This document shows, one piece after another, positions 1-13,665 of a stretch of 32,000 nucleotides of DNA (positions are counted from its first letter, which is position 1; every line of letters starts with the position of its first letter). Position numbers and translations under genes: made by a program. Under the pieces are notes generated by a model that was not told the origin of the DNA, did not search any database, and saw only the letters and a list, made by a program, of their open reading frames with translations. The DNA lies in sequence record CP025327.1; one strand, given 5' to 3'.

Positions 1-1
1 T

Positions 2-678
2 GGTTATGAAATCAATGTTTTAGAAGGATTTATATTTAATAAAATTAACAGTCCTTTCATTGAATATGTAAATGAGATGTATGATCATAAAGCTAAAGCT
101 TCTAGTGTTGAGAAAACTATGTATAAAAGTTTATTAAATTATTTAATTGAAGGTTTCCGTATTGATATAAACGAGAAAATATTAGGTATAGTATCTGAAG
201 AATTGAAAATATTAATATGTAGTATTCATAATGTCTATCATATAGAACAAATTAGAACAAATGTATGATAAATATTGGATTATATTTGATGATAGAATTA
301 AGAGTAATATACCTGATAATATTCGAATAAATGATATATTAAATAGAGAGGATTATAAAAATATATCTAAGGGTAAAAGAATAGCTATTGAACACAACGA
401 GACTGATAGTGCTTCAGTAATAACTACTATAATTATAAATTCTTATGCTAGAGCTAAATTGAATAAAACAAAATTAGATTTTATTCAGATAGATTATGAA
501 ATTTATTATTATGACACTGATAGTTTAGTTGTAGATAAAAGAATTGAAATTTATTATTGTAACACTGATAGATAAAACAATATCTGAAGAATATGTAAGC
601 GATGATATATTAGGTAAGTTTAAATTAGAATATGAAATTAATGAAGCTTATTTATATCTAATAAACTTTATTAATTAG
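2..678 (+). pseudogene. dpo: Relic of a plasmid-type (protein-primed) family-B DNA polymerase. It is 5'-truncated by the window edge and broken into three frames.
   Basis: Three consecutive fragments are each shifted by +1. Fragment 2-271 reads GYEINVLEGFIFNK...KTMYKSLLNYLIEGF, a degenerate KxxxNSxYG motif. Fragment 261-575 reads ...SVITTIIINSYARAKL...YYYDTDSLVV, the YxDTDS motif C. Fragment 574-678 reads ...DDILGKFKLEYEINEAYLYL. Homology ends where the repeat field begins. Confidence 0.75.
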
Positions 679-811
679 ATTTGAAAGGTACAGATCATAC
701 CTTATTGTCATTGAGATTAATGACTCTTCTTATTATTGATTATTATTATTGATTCTTATTATTGATTATTATTATTGAGTAGTGATAGATTTGTTTAATT
801 TATTTATTAAG

Positions 812-956
812 CTTAAGATTTTACTATATTAAGATACGATATTCAATACATACTTTATTAAACTTAAGGTTTTATTATATTAAGATATGATATTCAATAC
901 ATACTTTATTAAACTTAAGGTTTTATTATATTAAGATACGATATTCAATACATACT
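812..956. repeat. Tandem repeat, 51-nt unit, about 2.8 copies
   Basis: The string cttaag(a/g)ttttaytatattaagatayg atattcaatacatactttattaaa starts at 812, 863 and 914. Confidence 0.9.
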
Positions 957-1608
957 CATGAAAGAATGATGATAATTGTATGCTATCATTATGATTTAAT
1001 AATAAGAAAAGATGCTATCACTATAATTGAATAATAAGAGAATATTGCATATCCCATATTCCAAAAATGAAATAATAAATATATAATGACACCACCTTTA
1101 TTGAGATGGTTTATTGAGATACTTTATTGAGATATCCAGAATTAGAATTATCATTCATATTATTACTTCATATCTTATATTTAATCATGTTGACTCATGT
1201 TTACTCATATTTACTATATAATTTATAGTAGAAAATTTAGATTAATTAATATATAATATTAATTATTATAATAGAATTAATTAGTATATAATATTGATTA
1301 TATAATAGAATTAATTAGTATTTAATGTTGATTATTTAAGAAATAATAAGTAATATTAGAATATAATTTTTAAATTATTACTATTACTAGTACTATTACT
1401 AGTCTTATTACTATTAATATTACTATTCTTAGTACTATTATTATTACTATTATTATTATTATTATTATTACTATTATTATTACTATTATTATTTAATGAT
1501 TATAATATAATTATTATTATGAAAAACTAATGTTATATTAATTATAATATAAAATAATATATATTATTCAATAATTAAGAATTAACATTTACTAATTATT
1601 AATTTTCA

Positions 1609-1830
1609 TTACTAATTTAGTACTGATTAATTTAGAATAGATTAATAGATTATTTACTAATTTAGTACTGATTAATTTAGAATAGATTATTTACTAATTT
1701 AGTACTGATTAATTTAGACTAGATTATTTACTAATTTAGTACTGATTAATTAAGAATATATTAATAGATTATTTACTAATTTAGTACTTATTATATTTAG
1801 AATATATTAATATATTATTTACTAATAGAT
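1609..1830. repeat. Tandem repeat, 37-46 nt unit, about 5-6 copies
   Basis: ttactaatttagtactgattaatttagaatagatta... starts at 1609, 1654, 1691, 1728 and 1773, with a degenerate copy at 1819. Confidence 0.85.
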
Positions 1831-1902
1831 TACTTAATAAATTAGTTACCAATATTTATTATGTAATTTATAATTAGTGACTAATTAATACTTCTTATGT
1901 TA

Positions 1903-2058
1903 TTTAGAATTATATAATATTCCTATATATTAGAATATGCAATTTAGAATTAAATAATATTCCTATATATTAGAATATCCTATTTAGAATTAAATAATAT
2001 TCCTATATTTTTGAATATGCAATTTAGAATTAAATAATATTCCTATATTTTAGAATAT
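1903..2058. repeat. Tandem repeat, 40-nt unit, about 4 copies
   Basis: tttagaattaaataatattcctatatattagaatatgcaa starts at 1903, 1943, 1983 and 2023. Confidence 0.9.
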
Positions 2059-2950
2059 TGAGATATATAATTATTATATTAATTATGTAATTTAGAGGAA
2101 CTTATAATTAGTCATTAAGTAATATTCATTATATAATTTGGACTACTTACTAATTTATATATAATATTGATTATTGTAATCTTTACTATATTGATTATAA
2201 TAGATTCACTATTATTATATACTTATTATATCATTATTATTAGTTAGCATTTATTATATAATTAGTTATTATTCAATACTGATTATTTAATTTTATGATA
2301 TTATATTTACCATAGATAAATTATGTACTATTTATTTATCTTTATTAATAATAATAATATAAATTATTATGTATTATTTATTTATCTTTATCATATATAT
2401 ATTATTATGTATTATTTATTTATCTTTATCATATATATATTATTATCTATTATGTATTTATCTTTATTAATAATAATAATATAAATTGTTATGTACTATT
2501 TATTTTATCATATATAAATTATATATGTAATATTTATTATATAGTCTTTAGTCTTTAGTACTTAGTCATTAATAATTACCATTATATATATTACTATTTA
2601 ATTGAATTATTTAATAATTAGTATTATAATACCATTGAGTTTATTTAATAATTAGTATTATAATACCATTGAGATTATTTAATTATTAGTATTATAATAT
2701 AAACAATATAATTAGATTTAGATTAATTATCTAGAATTAGTATTACAATATAATTGAATTAATATTATAATAATTACAATATTATTATATTATATGATAT
2801 TAACTATTTACTAACTATTAATTATATTAAGAAATAATATATTATATATTATACTAACTAATAATAATATTAACTATTAATTATATTAATAAATAATATA
2901 TTATACTAATTAATAATGATATTAACTATTTATTATATTAATTAAGAATA

Positions 2951-3077
2951 TATTACATATTACATATTACATATTATATATTATATATTACATATTACAT
3001 ATTACATATTATATATTACATATTACATATTACATATTACATATTATATATTACATATTACATATTACATATTACAC
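2951..3077. repeat. Heptamer microsatellite (acatatt / atatatt)n
   Basis: There is a continuous run of tattaca/tattata heptamers. Confidence 0.85.
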
Positions 3078-3267
3078 TAACTAATAATGAGACTAACTAT
3101 TAATTATATTAATGAATAATATATTATATATTCCATTAACTAATAATAATACTGAATATTAATTATATTAATGAATAATATATTATATATTACACTAATT
3201 AATAATGATACTAACGATTAATTATATTAACTAATAATTAGTATACTAACTAATAATAATAATAATA

Positions 3268-3410
3268 TTAACTATTAACTATTAACTATTAACTATTAAC
3301 TATTCACTATTTACTATTAACTATTTACTATTCACTATTTACTATTAACTATTAACTATTCACTATTTACTATTAATTATTTACTATTTACTAGTAACTA
3401 TTAACGATTA
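3268..3410. repeat. Heptamer microsatellite (aactatt / tactatt / cactatt)n
   Basis: There is a continuous run of ctatt-based heptamers. Confidence 0.85.
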
Positions 3411-5978
3411 ACTAAGAATAAGATTAATTATTAACTATAATCATTAATAATGTTATTAATCATTAATAATGTTATTAATCATTGACTATAATCAGTAAAA
3501 ATAATACTACCTATTAGTAGTAATTATAGTGACTACTAACTATTAGACTAATAATTAATTATAATAATATTGCCTACTAACTATTATAACTAATAATTAA
3601 TTATAATTATATTGACTACTAACTATTATAACTAATAACTAATAATTAATTATGATTACAGTAATTGTGAATTAGGTTTACTACTAATTAATTGTGATAA
3701 TAGTACTTGTTAATTATACTCACTACTAATTAATTGTAATTATAGTGATTGTAATAATAGTACTTCTTAATTATACTAATTACTAATTAATTGTGATTAT
3801 AGTAATTGTGATTATAGTTATTATTAATTATACTAACTCTTAATTATACTCAATATTAAATAATTATGATTATTTATTAATTAATAAGTAAGATTTACTA
3901 TATATTCATTATGATATAATGTAGAATATATAATATATACTAATATATATATACTAATATCTATATACTCTTAATTATAAGGTATAGAATATATATATAC
4001 TCTGGATTATAAGATACATAATATATACTAATATATATATACTCTTGAGTATAAGGTATAGAATATATACTAATATCTATGTACTCTTGATTATAACCTA
4101 TATAATGTATATGAACTCTTTATTAGAAGATATATGTACTCTTTATTAGAAGCTATAACCTATATTTACTATTTATTATAAGCTATAAGCTATAAATACT
4201 CTTTATTATAAGCTTAATCTACTATTTATTATAAGCTTAATCTACTCTTTATTATAAGGTACATAAGATATAGGTACTCTTTATTATAAGACACATAATG
4301 TATATGTACTCTTTATTATAAACTATTTAATGTCTATGTACTATTTATTATATGGTATATAGTATATAGGTTATCATAAATATTATATATCTCTAAGGTA
4401 TAGAATATGAGAAATATTAAATATTAAATATTAAATAATAAATATTATAAAGTAGACAATATAATAAATATTATAAAGTAGACAATATAATAAATATTAA
4501 ATATTATAAAGTAGACAATATAAATATTATAAAGTATACAATATATTAAATATTCTAAGGTATAGAACAGAATAAATATTAAGATATATAATATAGATTA
4601 GTAATATAATGTACAATATAATATAAGATATAATATAAGATATATTATATGATATATAATGTCCAATATAAATTATTATATAATTTAAGATATGTAATAT
4701 CCAATATATATTATTATATAATATAAGATATGTAATGTACAATATAATATAATATATGTAATGTTCAATATAATATAAGATATATAATGTACAATATAAT
4801 ATAAGATATATAATGTATAATCTGGATTAATAAATATTCAATATGTACTATATATTGTAAGATATATAATATACAATATATAATATATAATATAGAATAT
4901 ATTAATATAGAATATATAATATTAAACTAATAAATATATACTCCTTATCAATACTATATAATCTAAATATGTACTCCTTATTATAATATATTATACTAAT
5001 AGTTAATATTATATAATATAAATATGTACTCCTATAATAGATTGTAATATAATATATTAATAGTCAATATTATATAATAGAAATATATAATCCTATAATA
5101 GATTATAATATATTATACAAATAGATATGTACTTCTTATTATAAAATATATAATATATAATATATAATATTTAAATTATACTAATAATTAGTTAATATAC
5201 TCTTTTTATTATAATGTAGAGTATAAAGTATATAGTATATATATCAAGTATATTATATAAAGTATAAATATCAAGTATATTATATAAAGTATAAATATTA
5301 AATACATTATATAAAGTATAAATATCCAGTATCTTAGATCAAGTATATAATATAAAGTATATATTATTGAGTACAATATAAAGTATATACTATTGAGTAC
5401 AGAATATAAAATATATATTATTGAGTACAATATAAAGTATATACTATTGAGTACAGAATATAAAGTATATAATATACACTATTAAATATTGAATATATAA
5501 GATATGTACATAATATATATATAATATATGTACATAATATATAGTATTAAATACATAATATATAGTTTATAATGGAGAATATAGTATCTAATATATAGAA
5601 GATATACTCTAAAGTATAATATATTAAATATAGTATCTAATATATAGAAGATATACTCTAAAGTATAATATATTAAATATAGATTAGAGAGTATAAAGTT
5701 TATAGTATATTATATGTATAATATAAAGTATAGACTACTGAATAGATTAGATATTAGATTATATAAATTATAGATTATAGATTATAGATTATAGATTATA
5801 TAAAATAATGATTATATAAAGTTTTACTAATTGATATTGAATATTTATTAAGTTTAGATTAGTAATTTAATAATACATATTAAGTTTATATAATATTATT
5901 ATTAGTTATTGGACATTTATTAAGTATATATTAATAATATATATTTTATATTAGATATGTACTGATTATAATACATTT

Positions 5979-6074
5979 TTTATTAGTTTATTAGTTTATT
6001 AGTTTATTAGTTTATTAGTTTATTAGTTTATTAGTTTATTAGTTTATTAGTTTATTAGTTTATTAGTTTATTAG
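5979..6074. repeat. Octamer microsatellite (tttattag)n, about 12 copies
   Basis: There is an uninterrupted run of tattagtt repeats. Confidence 0.9.
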
Positions 6075-9000
6075 ATATGTACTTATTTTAATACATTTTA
6101 TATTCTATATATACTTATTATAATACATTTTATTATTATATATATACTCATTATAATACATTTTATATTCAGATATGTATTCATTATAATATCTTTTATA
6201 TTGAATATATACTCATTATAATATGATGATTTATATATTAGATATGTACTCATTATAATATGATGACTCACTATCATATAGTAGATATATTAGATATGTA
6301 CTGATTATAATATAATGGTTATATATCATAGATGTAATATACCTCATATCGATTATATATATCATATATGTAATATACCTCATATCGATTATATATATCA
6401 TAGACATTATATATTAGAGACATACTAACAGTAATATAAATAATCTAAATTATATATTAAATATGTACTAACAGTAATATAATTAATCTAAATTATATAT
6501 TGAATATGTAATTAATTGTAATAGAATTATGTACTAATAACTATATATTAGATATTAGATATTAGACATGTAATAATTATTATAGAAAATTATAAATTAC
6601 ATATTGTATATGTAATAATTATTATAGAACTTTTATACTATATGTAATAGTACTATAGAATCTAAATAGTAATATATATATATTATATAATAGTACTATA
6701 GAATTTATATAGTAATATAGATATATTATATAATAGTACTATATAATATAAATTGTATTATAGATATATTATATAATAGTACTATAAAATATATTATGTA
6801 ATAGTAATATAGATACATTATGTAATAGTAATATAAACACATTAGGTAATAGTACTATAAACATATTATGTAATCATATTATAGACATATTATCTAATCA
6901 TATTATAGACATATTATCTAATCATATTATAGACATATTATGTAATCATAATATAGATATATTATGTAATCGTATTATAGAATATATTATATAATGCCAC
7001 TATAGAATATATAATAAGAAGTATTAGATATGTAATATTAATATAGAATATATTTATATATAAATAGGTACACATTAATATAGAATTAATATCTTATCAT
7101 AATATATATGTACATATTACAATAGAGTTAATATCTCATTATTATAGAGATGTACATATTACAATAGAGTTAATATCACATTTATATATATATATGACTA
7201 GAGAGTTAATATATCATTATTATATATATGACTATAAAGTAAATATATATGATTATAGAGTAAATATATATGACTATAGAGTAGATATCTTATTATAATA
7301 TGTTAAATGTACTAATAATTAGTCAATATTATAAAGTATATTAGATATAAATATATTCATAATAAGTCAATATATAAATTATATTGTATATAAATTAGAT
7401 TAATAATTAGATAATATTAATATACAATTATATTGTATATAAATTAGATTAATAATTAGATAATATTATAAAGTTTATCCATAATTAGATAATATTATAT
7501 TATTATAAAGTGTATAATATATTATAAAGTATCTCCATAATTAGAGAATATTTATATTACTATAAAGTATATAATATATACTAATATATACTAATAATTA
7601 GTCAATACTGATTATGAGAACTATAATCATTATAGATTATCTAATAATTTAGATATAAGAGAACATTATTATGATATATGTAATTATTTATAATATAATT
7701 ATTAATCTCATTATTCATAATCTGATTATTTAGAATATTACTATTTATATTTAAGATAATATAACTATTTATATTTAAGATAATATTACTATGTAATATA
7801 TAGTTATTTAGATTTAAGATAATATTAATATATTTCTATATATTTATATATCTAAGTAAAGATTACTATATAATATATGATATATCATAAGATCATATAG
7901 AATTATTTACTATAAGATTATATAATAATATTATATTATATAATATAAGATATTCATAATATATCATAATAGAATATTATAAGACCATATATATAGTCTA
8001 ATAGAATATATTTATATTATAATAAGATCATATATATATATATTAATATAAGAATATATTGGATATATTATCTATATAATAATTAGATAATTACAATAAG
8101 AGAATAATATATTAATGACATATATAATTACACAACAATATTATATTATAATCAGGATACAATAAGAATATAGTAGTCATATGATTATGAGCTAATAATC
8201 ATATAGTAGTCATGTAATTATCGTATAATAATTATATAATAGTCATGTAATTATGGTCTAATAACCATATCATAATAATTATAATAATGATATCTTAAGG
8301 ATTTAATATTAATCTATTAATATAAATATAAATATATATCTATTATAGATATAAATTAATCTAAATAAATATAATACTACTACTATTATTGATATAAATA
8401 AATATAGGACTAATATATAAATTAATATAAGACTAATCTTTATAAGACAGATAATAATATCTATATATTAAAATATATATTACACATAAAGACATAGTAT
8501 AATATCTATTCTCTATATAAGATCAATGTTAAAGATATATACTCTATACAATGTATATTATCTATATAGCACATATATATATATTAAAGGTATATTATAT
8601 ATAAAATATATATATTATCTTATAATGGAATTGATATATTATCTTAGAATAGTATTGAGATATTATCTTATAATGGTATTGAGATATTCTATATATTATC
8701 TTATAATGGAATTGATTAAATAAATTAATTAACTTAATAATAGTTATGATTATATTACTAAGCACAATATAAACTCTTAATTACAAAAGTTATATTTAGT
8801 ACATTATGAGATATATAATATAAAATATATCATGAATAATAAAAATTATATTATGAATCATAATTTATTATATTAGGATATATATTATGAATAATCAAGA
8901 TTATATTATAAATAATAATTTATTACATTATGAAATATATAATATATTATCATTAATAAAGATTAGATTATCAATAAGCATAATAATGATAATAATAATC

Positions 9001-9580
9001 TTATTAATAACAAAGGTTATATTAATATATTATATTACATTACAAAGATTATATTATATTATGAAGTATAAATAATAAATAAGTATATAATATTAAATTC
9101 TTTTAGTATAAATAATAAATAAGTATATAATATTATATTATTATATTGTTTTAGTATAAATAATAAATAATAAATAAGTATATAATATTACATTGTTAAG
9201 TATAATATAAACTATAACTGTTATATTATATTATTGAGTATAATCTAAACTATAAATATTATATTATATTATTAAGTATAATCTAAACTATAAATATTAT
9301 TAAGTATAGTATATACTATATACAATCAATATGTTTTATACATTATATTATTAATTATAGTGTACACTGTAAACAATAAATAAATTAATAAAATGATATA
9401 AATTATAAATTATAAATTATAACTATCTAATTAATAAATTAATATTATAATTAATATATATTATATACTATGTACTTTACTAAGAAAGTATAATAAAATA
9501 TAATAAAGTATATTAAAGTATAATAAAATATAATATAGTATAATATAGTACATTAGACTATGTACTTTACTAATAAAGTG

Positions 9581-9650
9581 TAATAAAGTGTAATATAATG
9601 TAATATAATGTAATATAATGTAATATAATGTAATATAATGTAACATAGTA
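9581..9650. repeat. Decamer tandem repeat, 7 copies
   Basis: taataaagtg occurs twice, then taatataatg five times. The track ORF 9461-9646 is a translation of this array. Confidence 0.9.
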
Positions 9651-10610
9651 CATTAAATTATATACTTTATATATTAAATATATATATAGTACATTAATAA
9701 TAAAGTATAATGGAGTACAATAATTATAAAGTATTATTGAGTACCTTAATAATAAATATAATTGAGTACATTAACAATAAGTATAATTCAGTACAATATT
9801 ACCTAAGTATAAATGAGTACATTAATACATCAGTATAATTCAGTACAGTATTACATAAGTATAATTCAGTACATTAATACATAAGTATAATGGAGTATAT
9901 TAAAGTCTAATAGATAACAATCATATATAAATATGAGAGATATATTATAACAATCATATATAAATATGAGATATATATTATAACAATAATATAAGAATAT
10001 GATATTTATATTATAACAATATTATATTAAATATAATATACTAGATAACAATAATATTAAAATATAATATAATAATATTAAAATATGATATAATAGATAA
10101 CAATTATATTAAAATATGGTATGATAATATTAAAATATGATATAATAGATAACAATTATATTAGAATATAATAAAGAACAATATATATAAATATATATAT
10201 ATAATAATATACAATATTTTATATAACAATATACAATATATTATATAACAATATATTATATGACAATATACTATAATGTAGTATAATCAAGTATAACCAA
10301 GTACAATAAAGTATACTAACTTACAATAAGTATTATTATTCTAAAGTATAATAAAGTATACTAACTTATTATAAAGGACAATAAAGTATACTAACTTATT
10401 ATAAAGTACAATAAAGTATACTAACTTATCATAAGTATTATTATTATCAAGGACAATAAGGATAATAAAGTAAAAATTATAATCAATAACTATATCATAA
10501 TTAAATTATATAAACAATATAGTAAACTGCATACTAACACTATAGTAGAATAAAGTACTGTAATTAAACAATACATAATATGCATATAATCATTAAGAGA
10601 TATCAGAGGC

Positions 10611-10647
10611 ACTTATATCTCATATATGCAATATATGAGATATGAGT
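10611..10647. repeat. Inverted repeat / hairpin with a 17-bp stem (one G-T pair) and a 3-nt loop
   Basis: acttatatctcatatat gca atatatgagatatgagt. The core 12 bp (10616-10627 / 10631-10642) is perfect. Flanking tcagag (10603-10608) and ctctga extend the palindrome. Confidence 0.8.
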
Positions 10648-10742
10648 AAGGGTCTCTGAGAGAAATAATTAGTAGCTATATAGATCTTGTCATATCAAGA
10701 TTCATATTACTTTAATATACAATAAATTAGTATAAATTAGTA

Positions 10743-10815
10743 TTATATAGAGAATATATATATTTTAATCTTATATAGAGAATATATATATTTTAATCTT
10801 ATATAGAGAATATAT
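10743..10815. repeat. Tandem repeat, 28-nt unit, about 2.6 copies
   Basis: ttatatagagaatatatatattttaatc starts at 10743, 10771 and 10799. Confidence 0.85.
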
Positions 10816-11787
10816 AATATATCTAATATAAATAATATATATTAATAATATAATATATCTTATAGAGCTAAGATATCTTAAATATATATAATATTCCTTA
10901 TATATATAATATTTATTTATGTGGATAATCTTCATTATATAGATTATATTATATATCAAATATGTTAATAAATTATATTATATCTCAAATATATTAAATT
11001 ATATTGTGATATTATATAGATAATCTTTATTATACAGATCATATTTCATATATAAATAATATTTATTAAGTCTATAATATATAATATATATATCTTAATA
11101 TATATAATGTCGATTAAATATATCTTAATATAGATAATGTCCATTAAATGTATAATCTATCCTAAATAAATAATATATTATTATATTATATGTCTAAAAT
11201 ATATTGTTATATTAGATAATATCTTTATATTATAAAGAATATTTTTATATTATTATTCAATGATATTGTAGATAATATATTATTCAATAAGATTATAGAT
11301 AATATACTCTCATATCTTTATATAATTTATTTTGAGATATGTGATAGATAATATATTCTCATATATTTATATGACTTTTATTGATCTATATTATAGATAA
11401 TTTATTATATCATTATCTTAAATAATTTTAATATTATGTATTAATATCTTGATATATTAATATCTTAATACCTGTGATTAATTGGATAATATATTAGTAT
11501 CTTTATCTTCATCTTTACCTATTAATAATAGGACAATATATTTATTTTTATCTTTATCTTTTATTAATAGGACAATTCAGATATAATAATTATATGGTAT
11601 AATTCTTATCTGAGAATATATATAGGATAATTGAGATATGCTAATAGTTATATGATAATATAATTAATATTATATGTTAATTAGTACATGATAATCTAAT
11701 TGATATTATATGTTAATTGATATATGATAATCTAATTGATATTATATGTTAATTGGTCCATGATAATATAATTGATATAGGATAATT

Positions 11788-11859
11788 CAGATAGGATAGA
11801 CTTGAACTACCTAGGTCTGTCCCCCAATGACAGTGCCGATCCACTTTGGCTTCTATCTG
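11788..11859 (-). tRNA. trnP: tRNA-Pro (anticodon UGG)
   Basis: Minus-strand cloverleaf. The acceptor is CAGATAG/CTATCTG. The D stem is GCC/GGC with loop AAGTGGAT. The anticodon stem is CTGTC/GACAG with loop ATTGGGG (UGG, G37). The T arm is GGTAG-TTCAAGT-CTATC. It forms a local GC-rich island in the AT desert. Confidence 0.88.
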
Positions 11860-12089
11860 TTTAATAGATATCAATTGTGATTAAATATGATATAATTATA
11901 TCTAATATTCTCAATAATTATTAAATGTTATCTAATATTATCAATTATTATTATATATTATATAATCATATTAATTGTGATTATATATGATTCTACATTA
12001 TTATTAATTATTAAATAATAATATTATATAAGATTATCCATGATTATTAATTGGGATATAATCATATTATATAAAATTCTCCATTATTA

Positions 12090-12149
12090 TTAATTGTGAT
12101 ATAAGCATATTAATTGTGATATAAGCATATTAATTGTGATATAAGCATA
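12090..12149. repeat. Tandem repeat, 20-nt unit, 3 copies
   Basis: ttaattgtgatataagcata starts at 12090, 12110 and 12130. Confidence 0.9.
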
Positions 12150-13665
12150 TTATATTGGATATAATATTATTTAATCATATATAATGTAATATTATATTAT
12201 ATTCTATAGTATTATATAACAATATCTATTATTATTTAATAAGATTTAATGTCCTTTAATATTATCTAATGTTCTTTAATAATATCAAATATTATATAAT
12301 ATAATATATTGACCATATATCTATTATATATTTATTATATATCTATTTATATAAATAAGTCGAGTCATGTAATTCTGGAATTCTATGATTATATCATAAA
12401 TTATAAATTTTTATATATGTTTCTTGAGATATACTTTTTTATATATTAAAAATATAATTGTAACTTTCCTATTATAAAATATATATTATAATATGAGATT
12501 ATTGTAATATTATGTAATATTAATCTTATAATATTATATAATCTTGTAATTAGATATATATAGTAATTATAGACTATTATTATAATATATAATTTTATAC
12601 TTTGTTATAAATAGATTGTATAATAATTAAAATATATAATTTTATACTTTGTTATAAATAGATTGTATAATAATTAACTATCTTTATATAGATATTTATA
12701 TATTAATATATTTCTATATTAATTATATTATTATAATAGATAGTATTATCTCATTAATAGATTTGTATATTAATTAATTATTATTATGATAGATAGTATT
12801 ATAGATTGTTATAAATATATAAAGTACCTTATAATCTCATAACTTCATATTATAATAAATGTCAAGTTATTTATTATTATAATCTATAATTGTAATATTA
12901 GATAATCATCTTTATCTTAATTATATATCAAATATAATGATCTCTATATTATATTACTAATATATAGTAATAGATATATATCCTAAATTTATATCTAATT
13001 ATAATATTTAATTATAGATACATATTCTAAATTACTATTTAATTATATATATATATTTTATATTAATATCTAATTATAGATTTCTAATTACTAATTAAAT
13101 TATAAGAATTATATATTCTTACTTATAATAAGTAGTATTTCTATTCTAATATATTAAGTATTATCTCTATTCTAATATGTAGTAAATATTATATTAAGTA
13201 TTATTTGTATTCTAATCAATAGTACTTATAGCATACTTAAATAATAAAATATAACTAATAAATATTTATAGCATAATATATAATTAAGTTTGACTAATAA
13301 ATAGTATTTATATCATAATAAATAATTAAGTATTAATATTATTTCCTGAGATATAGTTAAATATTACTAACAAATAGTACTTATTTCATAATATATAACT
13401 AAGTATTATTAATAAATAGTACTTATATTATGATATATAATTAATTAAAATTTAAGGATTATAATAAATTTATAATGAGTATTAAGTATTTTAATATCAT
13501 ATTTATGAATAAATAATATTGATAAATTTAATTTATAATTATTAAATAATATAATAAATATTAAGTATAAAGTTATCTAATGATAATAATAAAGTTATCT
13601 AATAATAATAATCAAATTATCTAAAGATAATCCTTATAATAAGTATTATAAATTAAATATAAGAA

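Larger units (their letters stand above)
690..13650. repeat. About 13 kb of AT-rich non-coding DNA composed of many independent short tandem-repeat arrays. Only trnP is embedded in it.
   Basis: Reading through the block shows back-to-back arrays with 7-60 nt units and 2-12 copies each. ORFs here are only Y/I/L/N low-complexity translations of the repeats. G and C are sparse. Confidence 0.85.

Noticed and set aside
685-724. Two small hairpins (aaggta-N7-tacctt at 685-703 and gtcatt-N6-aatgac at 707-724) right after the dpo relic, as a terminator or a plasmid terminal-repeat remnant.
   Set aside because: The stems are only 6 bp and the loops are unremarkable. No partner copy is visible in the window, which is too weak to support a call.
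4527-10959. Track ORFs 4527-4742, 5209-5430, 8526-8723, 8887-9075, 9461-9646 and 10771-10959 as possible small proteins.
   Set aside because: Their translations consist almost only of Y/I/L/N and are periodic because they read through tandem repeats. For example, 9461-9646 is the decamer array. They show no motif and no resemblance to any mitochondrial protein.
13420-13428. A yeast-type mitochondrial promoter nonanucleotide ATATAAGTA (reverse complement of tacttatat) pointing toward trnP. Similar ATAAGTA strings occur in other arrays.
   Set aside because: In DNA this AT-rich, such 9-mers are expected by chance, and this one lies within a repeat unit. There is no evidence that this lineage uses the yeast promoter consensus.
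690-13650. The repeat arrays as CRISPR arrays or another prokaryotic repeat system.
   Set aside because: The units are directly tandem with no unique spacers, and each array has a different unit. No cas-like genes are present, and the context is clearly mitochondrial.
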